A model generated the notes under the pieces. It did no database searches and was not told the origin of the DNA. It saw only the letters and a list, made by a program, of their open reading frames with translations. Positions 57,511 through 64,000 of a DNA stretch of 64,000 nucleotides are shown here, piece by piece. Within the stretch, counting starts at the first letter, position 1, and the number at the start of each line of letters is the position of its first letter. The stretch spans positions 21,002-85,001 of IMG/VR virus record IMGVR_UViG_3300005077_000011; one strand, written 5' to 3'. A program made the translations under genes and the position numbers. The DNA comes from a virus.

Positions 57511-58472
57511 ACTTGTCCTTGAACAAAATTTACTGCATCATGAATGTCTTTGAATCCAACAATTCTTCTTTCATTAGGATAAAGCACTACACACATGCCT
57601 GGACTACCTCCTCTTCCTCCAATTCCTCTTTTCCTTGCATAGTCGTCTTCAGTTTTGTATGTGCCTCCAATAACTGCAATTCGATCTTTTCCTCCTCGTT
57701 CCCAGTGTAACATTTCGGATTGGTGCGTATGCCCTAAGAAAACAATATCTGCTTCTGGATATTCATGTTCCCAAAAACGCTTTGCTGCATTTGTAGGGTT
57801 CAATTTGGAATTGCCCCAATACATATGAGTAAGTGCTAAATTGTATTGTTCTTTTCCATGCAAAATGTGTAAAAGTCCTCCTGTTTTAAACACAGGAGCT
57901 CTTAGATTAGTACAAAAAGTATCAAACCAGTCATATCCAGTAACACTTCCAAAATCATCATGGTTTCCAAAACTCATTACTCCAAGTTTTCCTTTACGAT
58001 CTAGGTCTTCTAATTTTTCGATGAATGCCTTTGTTTGAATTTGTGGGGGCAAAGGATTTTCGTATACTCCTGTTGCCCATTTTCCTGTGATATTAAAATT
58101 GTCTACATGATCTCCATTTGTGACTATAAAGAAATTTGGAGTATTTTCGATAAGATCTAAATGCTCTTTGAGTAATTCATAGTCAGACTTAACACTTCCA
58201 TAATGAATATCAGTTGCTAATAGAATTCCTATAGGAGCATTTGGATTTTCTGCATTTACTCTCCATATTGCTTCTTTATCATTGAGAGTAGTTTCTCCCA
58301 TGAACTGTTGAGTTTCTTGTAATAATTCTGTGGCTCTATCAAAAAGTGAGGCTGCTCCGTGAACAAATTCTTGAAGAAAAGGCTTTTTTTCTCTCTTTAA
58401 TCCTTTTTCTATAATTTGATCAACTGTTTCAAATCCATCTGGTGTGTACAGTCCTAATTTTTGTTCATTCAT
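57507..58472 (-). CDS. Calcineurin-like metallophosphoesterase
   Basis: TDIHYG, GDHVD, GNHD, GHTH. Confidence 0.8.
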   Translation of the reverse strand: MNEQKLGLYTPDGFETVDQIIEKGLKREKKPFLQEFVHGAASLFDRATELLQETQQFMGETTLNDKEAIWRVNAENPNAPIGILLATDIHYGSVKSDYELLKEHLDLIENTPNFFIVTNGDHVDNFNITGKWATGVYENPLPPQIQTKAFIEKLEDLDRKGKLGVMSFGNHDDFGSVTGYDWFDTFCTNLRAPVFKTGGLLHILHGKEQYNLALTHMYWGNSKLNPTNAAKRFWEHEYPEADIVFLGHTHQSEMLHWERGGKDRIAVIGGTYKTEDDYARKRGIGGRGGSPGMCVVLYPNERRIVGFKDIHDAVNFVQGQV

Positions 58473-58512
58473 AAATTAATTGTAACTTTCTTTTTGAAAG
58501 ATGTTCATTAAT

Positions 58513-58947
58513 TTACGAATGTTTCGATGGCCAATAATATTCTAAATTATCAGGTACACTAGGAAAATATTTTCGATAATGTTCAGGAAATTTACGCACA
58601 AGATTTGATTGATGCGAGAGATGAAAGTTCCTAGTTCCTAGCCAATTAGGAACTGTTTGTTTATTGTCTTTTTTAATAGCAATCGCATATAAGTTCCATA
58701 TTTTCATTCTTAAAGAATCTTTGTATCCTCTGTTAGTCCATTCTGAAATCATTGCTAAAGTATAAAGACAAAGAGAAGCTTCGTGGTTTTTCCACATCAA
58801 TACTGCTGGATGATTATGCCATCTTGATTCTTTAATAAGTAAACAATTAAGAATCTGATAAGCCTCAACTCGTTGTTTTCCAAGTCTTTTATAGTCTAAA
58901 CATCTAGCAGATTTTTTAAAGTCAGAGTAGGGAAGAAATGTCATCAT
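58513..58947 (-). CDS. Pyrimidine-dimer DNA glycosylase (DenV/MSMEG_6728-like)
   Basis: MTFLPY, LDYKRLGKQRVEAYQIL, HPAVLMW, FHLSHQSNL; start moved to the leaderless ATG 58947. Confidence 0.75.
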   Translation of the reverse strand: MMTFLPYSDFKKSARCLDYKRLGKQRVEAYQILNCLLIKESRWHNHPAVLMWKNHEASLCLYTLAMISEWTNRGYKDSLRMKIWNLYAIAIKKDNKQTVPNWLGTRNFHLSHQSNLVRKFPEHYRKYFPSVPDNLEYYWPSKHS

Positions 58948-58953
58948 GTTCAA

Positions 58954-58982
58954 ATTATAAATCACTTTGAATAGAAAGTAAA
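58954..58982 (-). promoter_or_regulatory. Promoter TTTACT-N17-TATAAT, predicted leaderless start
   Basis: Minus strand; ATG 7 nt downstream of the -10. Confidence 0.75.
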
Positions 58983-58999
58983 TAGAGAAAAACTAAAAG

Positions 59000-59028
59000 T
59001 ATACAAAAATGATAAAACAAGATATAAT
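59000..59028 (+). promoter_or_regulatory. Promoter TATACA-N17-TATAAT, predicted leaderless start
   Basis: Back-to-back with the 58954 promoter; ATG 59035 is 7 nt downstream. Confidence 0.7.
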
Positions 59029-59034
59029 ATACGT

Positions 59035-59529
59035 ATGCAAATTTGGATTATCACTGATACTCATTGGCTCCATACAAATATTATTAAATATTGTAATAGA
59101 CCAGAAAATCATAATGAATTAATGATAAAGAATTGGAAAGAAATGGTTCAATATGATGATGTAATAATTCATCTTGGTGATGTTATATTAGGAGACAGAG
59201 ATAAATTAAAAAGTATATTAGTTCAACTACCCGGTAAAAAGATATTGATTAAAGGTAATCATGATACTAAGCCTATTAACTGGTATATAGAACAAGGATT
59301 TGATTTTGCTTGTGATCAAATAATATATGAAGGGATAGTTTTCTCTCATGTGCCAATATCAGAATTGCCTGAAGGCACACGAATAAATATTCATGGTCAT
59401 TTTCATGTATCTGATCCTAAATATTGGGAATATAAAGTAAAACCGTTCAATAAACTTCTTGCAATAGAACATGAAGATTATAAACCTGTTCTGTTAGAAG
59501 AATTAATTAAAAGATATGAGAACAATTGA
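59035..59529 (+). CDS. Small calcineurin-like phosphoesterase
   Basis: DTH, HLGDV, GNHD, SHVP, HGHFH. Confidence 0.85.
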   Translation: MQIWIITDTHWLHTNIIKYCNRPENHNELMIKNWKEMVQYDDVIIHLGDVILGDRDKLKSILVQLPGKKILIKGNHDTKPINWYIEQGFDFACDQIIYEGIVFSHVPISELPEGTRINIHGHFHVSDPKYWEYKVKPFNKLLAIEHEDYKPVLLEELIKRYENN

Positions 59530-59692
59530 AGAATTAATAGATAAACATTATGAAGAGCTTTTTGACGAAATCTGTAAAATACATGATGATCTTTATGAGC
59601 TTTGCATTGAATATAAAGAAATATCAACAGGCAAAACAATTCGTCGAAGTTGGGTAGAAAGAAATAAAATCTTGAAGGAGGAAAATGAATAA
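59516..59692 (+). CDS. Small hypothetical protein (58 aa, not in ORF track)
   Basis: Fills the gap and overlaps both neighbours. Confidence 0.5.
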   Translation: MRTIEELIDKHYEELFDEICKIHDDLYELCIEYKEISTGKTIRRSWVERNKILKEENE

Positions 59693-60449
59693 TCGGATTA
59701 TTGCTATAGGAGATATCCACGGGCATTTTAATCAACTTCAAGAACTTATGGATAAACTTATTCATGAGCATGGAGTTTCTTTGCATGACGATACTTTTGT
59801 CTTTTTAGGAGACTACATTGATGGCGGTCCGGATACAAAAAAAGTAATCGATTGGCTATTTACGGCTAAAAATGGCTATCCTCATTGGAAATTTTTATAT
59901 GGAAATCATGAGGATCTCTTCCTTGACGCAATAAATCCAAAACATCCAGTGTATGGAGATTATTATCTTTGGTGGAATCAAGGCGGTAAAGAAACAACAG
60001 ATTCTTATATAAGAGCTTCTAAATTTTCTAAATACGAAAGAGCTTTGGTTAATCCTGTGCATGTTATTCCTAAAGAACATATAGAATTTCTTTATAATCT
60101 ACCAACATATTATGAAACTGACAGGTATTTCTTTGTGCATGGAGGTCCTCATTCATATCATACTTTAGAGTGGTGCAAGAAAGAAAAGAATTGGCCTAGA
60201 TATAATTGGATTTGGGCAAGAAATTTTATTACTTCTAATTTTAAATGGGAAAAGAAGATCATCTTCGGGCACACTATTCAATATACTAAGAATCCCAGGA
60301 CACATCTTCAGCCTTATATTATGGATAATAAAATAGGATTAGATACTTTTATGCATAATCAAGGAGCTCTTACTGCAGTTATTCTTCCTGAAGAAACTAT
60401 TGTACAGACTAAATATTATTCTCGTTTTGAGATTGAAGATACTATATAA
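59685..60449 (+). CDS. PPP-family metallophosphoesterase (Ser/Thr phosphatase-like)
   Basis: GDIHG, GDYID, GNHE, FVHGG, FGHT. Confidence 0.85.
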   Translation: MNNRIIAIGDIHGHFNQLQELMDKLIHEHGVSLHDDTFVFLGDYIDGGPDTKKVIDWLFTAKNGYPHWKFLYGNHEDLFLDAINPKHPVYGDYYLWWNQGGKETTDSYIRASKFSKYERALVNPVHVIPKEHIEFLYNLPTYYETDRYFFVHGGPHSYHTLEWCKKEKNWPRYNWIWARNFITSNFKWEKKIIFGHTIQYTKNPRTHLQPYIMDNKIGLDTFMHNQGALTAVILPEETIVQTKYYSRFEIEDTI

Positions 60450-60458
60450 TTTTCCCTA

Positions 60459-60487
60459 TTTACAAATATTCAAAATTGAATTATAAT
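60459..60487 (+). promoter_or_regulatory. Promoter TTTACA-N17-TATAAT, predicted leaderless start
   Basis: ATG 60494 is 7 nt downstream. Confidence 0.75.
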
Positions 60488-60493
60488 ATTCAC

Positions 60494-60811
60494 ATGAAAT
60501 ACAAATACGATTATGCTTTTGAACTAAAAGTGACTGATCAAACCGGAATGAATGCTTTTTCTGCTAAAGGAAACATTGAAGATATTGATGACACAATTAT
60601 CAGTATGGAAGATGAGCTAAAACAATATGATGAAGACGCTGTTTCATTATATGGAGATGATCCTTTAGATGATGAAAGAGAAGTTCCGTTTTCACAGATA
60701 AAAGAAGACATAGAAGTTGAAGAAAAAATAGAAGTTGAACCTAAACAAAATATTATTGTTCCAACACAACATTATGAAAGAAGAACAATTACACGAGGCA
60801 AGGCTAAGTAG
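60494..60811 (+). CDS. Acidic hypothetical protein
   Basis: Start moved to ATG 60494 because the annotated TTG lies inside the promoter. Confidence 0.55.
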   Translation: MKYKYDYAFELKVTDQTGMNAFSAKGNIEDIDDTIISMEDELKQYDEDAVSLYGDDPLDDEREVPFSQIKEDIEVEEKIEVEPKQNIIVPTQHYERRTITRGKAK

Positions 60812-60937
60812 TCTCTTAATAAAAGAACTATGTGATGCTGATCACAATTGTCCATTTCGAATGGCAACGCCAGTTTTTATGGTAGAGGTCTGGTATGCGG
60901 CATCTCAAAAGAGTAAAGAAGAATTAGAAAAGAAACT

Positions 60938-61141
60938 ATGATAGTTGATAATTTCAAAGATTATCCAGATTTAAGAAGAATCAAAATACCTTTAGGCTAT
61001 TATTATATGGGCGAAAATTCAGAATGTCCATATTGTAAAGAAGAAGGGTGGATTTATGGAACGGTAGAGCCTAATGATTCTGGAGGATATTGTGGAGAAT
61101 TTATGTGCGTAAAATGTGAGTGTACATGGAGTAAATTATGA
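60938..61141 (+). CDS. Small zinc-finger protein
   Basis: CPYC...CVKCEC. Confidence 0.5.
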   Translation: MIVDNFKDYPDLRRIKIPLGYYYMGENSECPYCKEEGWIYGTVEPNDSGGYCGEFMCVKCECTWSKL

Positions 61142-62079
61142 AAGCAGTACCTAGTTATACAAAAGTATTAGCAATAGGAGGTTCAAACACAGAAAATGCT
61201 CTTGTTGGAGAAGTTGTTGTTCAAGAAAAAGTTGATGGAAGTCAATTTGGCTTTGGATTTAATGAAGACGGTCAAATTACAATGAGAAGCAAAAGTTGTC
61301 TTCAAACTATAGATCGATATGACAAAATGTTCAAAGATGCTGTAGAATATATAAACGAACAAGCAACAAACGGACTTTATGCACATGTTTGCCCAAAAGA
61401 TGTCTATTACTATTGTGAATATTTACAAAAACCAAAGCATAATACACTTAAATATGATCGAATACCTACAAATCATTTAGTTTTATTTGATGTAATGATT
61501 AATGGAAGATGGGGCTCAAGAGAAGAGCTTGAAAATAGCGCAAAGAATTTGAATATAGATGTCATTCCTGAATTATATAGAGGAATTGCTGATGTTGAGA
61601 AAATTAAAAGTCTTCTTACCACAAAAAGCTATCTCGGAGACTTAATTTTAGAAGGTGTTGTTATTAAAAATTACGCACAGAATATTTACATTGGAGGTCA
61701 TTTATTTCCTCTCTTTACAAAGTATGTAAGAGAAGAATTCAAAGAACTACATACAGTAGATTGGAAAATTAGACAACCAAAAGACACTTTACAAGATTAT
61801 GTAAAAGCTTTTGCAGCAGAACCACGATGGCAAAAAGCTCTAATACATATGAAAGAACAAGGTCTTCTTACTAATAGTCTTAAAGACATTGGACCACTTA
61901 TGGATATGGTTCAGAAAGATATCGAGGAAGAAGAAAAAGATAATATCAAGAATGTATTATATAAGATGTTTATTAAAGATATTCTTCGATCATCAATCCG
62001 AGGTGTTCCTGAGTGGTATAAAAATAAATTACTTGAAAGTCTAGAAGGAGACTCAATGACAATTGAACCAGTTTTTTAA
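61138..62079 (+). CDS. ATP-dependent RNA ligase-like nucleotidyltransferase (Rnl2-like)
   Basis: QEKVDGSQ motif I, CEYL, LFDV, EGVVIKN motif IV, KYVREEF motif V. Confidence 0.75.
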   Translation: MKAVPSYTKVLAIGGSNTENALVGEVVVQEKVDGSQFGFGFNEDGQITMRSKSCLQTIDRYDKMFKDAVEYINEQATNGLYAHVCPKDVYYYCEYLQKPKHNTLKYDRIPTNHLVLFDVMINGRWGSREELENSAKNLNIDVIPELYRGIADVEKIKSLLTTKSYLGDLILEGVVIKNYAQNIYIGGHLFPLFTKYVREEFKELHTVDWKIRQPKDTLQDYVKAFAAEPRWQKALIHMKEQGLLTNSLKDIGPLMDMVQKDIEEEEKDNIKNVLYKMFIKDILRSSIRGVPEWYKNKLLESLEGDSMTIEPVF

Positions 62080-62089
62080 AGGACAATAT

Positions 62090-62287
62090 ATGGAAGGACA
62101 AAAAGTTAAATTACTAACTATCGAAAAAAATCCTGAGGGAATAATTACTAGATCATATTATGCTGTTCCGGGTGGAGGATCATTGTGTCCAGGTCAAATA
62201 CAATTATATTGGATACGATTAAATAATGGAACACTTTTAAAGGATGTTACACACAATGAGTTTGATATTATAAGAAGTAATATATGA
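62090..62287 (+). CDS. Hypothetical protein
   Basis: AAAGGA SD before ATG 62090. Confidence 0.5.
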   Translation: MEGQKVKLLTIEKNPEGIITRSYYAVPGGGSLCPGQIQLYWIRLNNGTLLKDVTHNEFDIIRSNI

Positions 62288-62469
62288 AGATAAAAATTTT
62301 TCAAGCTAATATAAAAGAACGACTAGAAAATGAAATAAATGAATTTATTGCCTGTCATAAAGATAATAAACACTTTAATATACAAGAGATTCAATTTCAA
62401 CATGCATATGATAGGGATACTTATTTATATTCTTATTCTGTATTAATAGTTTATAAGGAGGAATCATGA
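62284..62469 (+). CDS. Hypothetical protein
   Basis: ATGA-coupled small ORF. Confidence 0.5.
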   Translation: MKIKIFQANIKERLENEINEFIACHKDNKHFNIQEIQFQHAYDRDTYLYSYSVLIVYKEES

Positions 62470-62660
62470 ATAGTGATACAAAATTTTGGATAGCATTTAT
62501 AATAATTTGTATGATTGGTATATCTAGTTTTTTATATTTGTATTGGTCTCTTGGTGACTCAGAGTCTAATTATTATCCAGAAGCTCATAAAGTTTGTTTT
62601 AAATATAAACCCGCACATTCTTGGCTTACAGCATATGCTGAATGTTTAGAAGTAGAATGA
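62466..62660 (+). CDS. Small membrane protein
   Basis: SD GGAGG; N-terminal TM segment. Confidence 0.5.
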   Translation: MNSDTKFWIAFIIICMIGISSFLYLYWSLGDSESNYYPEAHKVCFKYKPAHSWLTAYAECLEVE

Positions 62661-62687
62661 TATTGTATTAAATAACAAAAGGAAAAC

Positions 62688-63389
62688 ATGCAAAAAGAGA
62701 AAAGAACAATGATTTTAAAAGTGTTGTGTGGTAGTCGCGCACACGGTTTAGCAAATGAAAATTCTGATTTTGATTATAGAGGAGTATTTTTAGTGCCTAC
62801 TTCTGAGATTCTCAAAATTGGTGGTGTGTGTGAACAAACTCATTGGGTTGAAGGTAAAGAAGACGATACATCTTGGGAGCTTGGACATTTCTTATTCTTA
62901 GCTACTAAATGTAATCCTACAATATTAGAAACATTTTTGGCACCAAGAATAAATGAAGATGCTGCTGAATGGACTCATGAAGGTAAAGTTGATTGGGGAC
63001 AAGAATTAAGAGATCTATTTCCTTATATCTGGAATTCAAATGATGTCAAGAATGCTTTTATAGGATATGGACTTAATCAAAGAAAGAAATTCTTAGATAA
63101 TAAAGATGGTAAACCAAACAAATTTGCAGCAGCATATTTAAGAAGTCTCTATAATGCATATGAACTTCTTACTACTGGAACATTTACTATTAGAATAATA
63201 GATACTTTAGTTGGAGAAACCGTAAAACGATTTAAAGAAGGAAAGTATTCAGTAGGAGAGGTTGTCGATTCTTGTCTCATGTGGCAAAGAAAAGTTGAAG
63301 AAGCTTTTGTTCTTAATCCAGACAAGAAAGCTAATTTTGAACCTGTAAACGAATTTTTATTAAAAGTGCGAAAGGAATTTTGGATATGA
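62688..63389 (+). CDS. Pol-beta superfamily nucleotidyltransferase (RlaP / PF10127-like)
   Basis: GSRAHGLANENSDFDYRGVF, KCNPTILE. Confidence 0.8.
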   Translation: MQKEKRTMILKVLCGSRAHGLANENSDFDYRGVFLVPTSEILKIGGVCEQTHWVEGKEDDTSWELGHFLFLATKCNPTILETFLAPRINEDAAEWTHEGKVDWGQELRDLFPYIWNSNDVKNAFIGYGLNQRKKFLDNKDGKPNKFAAAYLRSLYNAYELLTTGTFTIRIIDTLVGETVKRFKEGKYSVGEVVDSCLMWQRKVEEAFVLNPDKKANFEPVNEFLLKVRKEFWI

Positions 63390-63481
63390 AAGAAGTAAAG
63401 AAATGGATATTAATGCAAATTATTTATTTTGCTACTTGGCTCGACAATTGGGCTTCAGCAGCAAGAGTTAAACTACTATGA
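63386..63481 (+). CDS. 31-aa bridging ORF
   Basis: ATGA overlaps at both ends couple it to the two flanking genes. Confidence 0.4.
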   Translation: MKEVKKWILMQIIYFATWLDNWASAARVKLL

Positions 63482-64000
63482 AAGTGCTAATGATGAAAGG
63501 TCTTCCTGGATCAGGAAAATCTACAAGTGCTAAAATGTTAATGAATGGGCCTTTTAAATATAAAAGAGTCAACCGTGATGAATTGCGCTTAATGATTGAC
63601 AACGGAAAATGGTCTCAAGATAATGAAAAACTCATTAGAAATATAAGAGATCTTATTATTGTTGAATGTTTATCTGCTGGACAAAATGTAATTATAGATG
63701 ATACTAATTTGGATCCAAGTTTAGAAGATCATTTCAAAAATCTTATAGCAAGTTTTAAAGCAGAATTTGAGGTTGTTGATTTTACTAATGTAGACAAAGA
63801 TGAATGTATTAAAAGGGATTTAGCACGTCCTAATTCAGTTGGTTCAAAAGTAATAAACAAAATGTATAATCAATATATAGCTAAAAAAGAAATAATAATT
63901 TACGATCCTAATTTACCAAACGCTATTATGTGTGATATTGACGGTACCTTAGCTCTATTTGGTAAAGCTAATCCATATGAAAGAGATTTTACTAAAGATG
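63478..64000 (+). CDS. Polynucleotide kinase/phosphatase (PseT-like), truncated by the window end
   Basis: GLPGSGKST, RVNRDELR, IIDDTN, ECIKRD, then HAD CDIDGTLA; open to the end of the window and absent from the ORF track. Confidence 0.9.
   Translation, partial: MKVLMMKGLPGSGKSTSAKMLMNGPFKYKRVNRDELRLMIDNGKWSQDNEKLIRNIRDLIIVECLSAGQNVIIDDTNLDPSLEDHFKNLIASFKAEFEVVDFTNVDKDECIKRDLARPNSVGSKVINKMYNQYIAKKEIIIYDPNLPNAIMCDIDGTLALFGKANPYERDFTKD

Noticed and set aside
1984-60080. Many short ORF-track entries overlapping long genes on the opposite strand or in another frame (e.g. 1984-2211, 8637-8897, 21028-21447, 29393-29653, 35942-36379, 45703-45990, 51720-51965)
   Set aside because: Shadow ORFs of well-supported genes, with no SD, promoter or recognisable motif
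60735-60941. 68-aa ORF as annotated
   Set aside because: The 5' part overlaps the upstream gene; a shorter gene may exist but I could not support a start
1-64000. Alternative genetic code (stop reassignment)
   Set aside because: Long conserved genes are intact in the standard code, and TGA, TAG and TAA all end genes at plausible coupled junctions
1-64000. tRNA genes, integrase, DGR reverse transcriptase, inteins or introns
   Set aside because: No cloverleaf with an anticodon arm, RT motif, recombinase motif or interrupted gene was seen by eye; tRNAscan and HMM searches would be needed to be sure

Overview
This is a 64 kb, AT-rich segment of a large tailed dsDNA bacteriophage in the standard genetic code, almost all on the + strand. 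A tail tube and tape measure are present with no sheath, suggesting a siphovirus. Bases 1-15 kb mix glycosyltransferases and SAM methyltransferases with virion-type proteins, including a 2428-aa repeat protein. Bases 15-28 kb hold head-tail joining genes, the tail (with a -1 frameshifted chaperone), tail tip and fibre genes, and lysis genes. Bases 28-54 kb are an early/middle region driven by a family of TKTACW-N17-TATAAT promoters. It encodes helicase, primase, a HIRAN-SSB fusion, DnaE, RecA, a Cas4-like exonuclease, resolvases, class II RNR, GlyA, a TROVE protein and a tmRNA. Terminase genes follow, then a short inverted block and an RNA-repair-like cluster. The most notable signals are: (1) a complete E1/Ubl/E2/JAB ubiquitin-like module next to a predicted hydroxymethylcytosine-glycosylation pathway, with GlyA as a plausible one-carbon supply; (2) a second probable programmed -1 frameshift with an H-type pseudoknot that would fuse a membrane anchor to a cell-wall glucosaminidase; (3) a tmRNA with a 35-aa tag next to a TROVE gene; (4) several probably leaderless genes. 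No integrase, CRISPR array or tRNA was seen. All product calls come from motifs read by eye; no searches were run.
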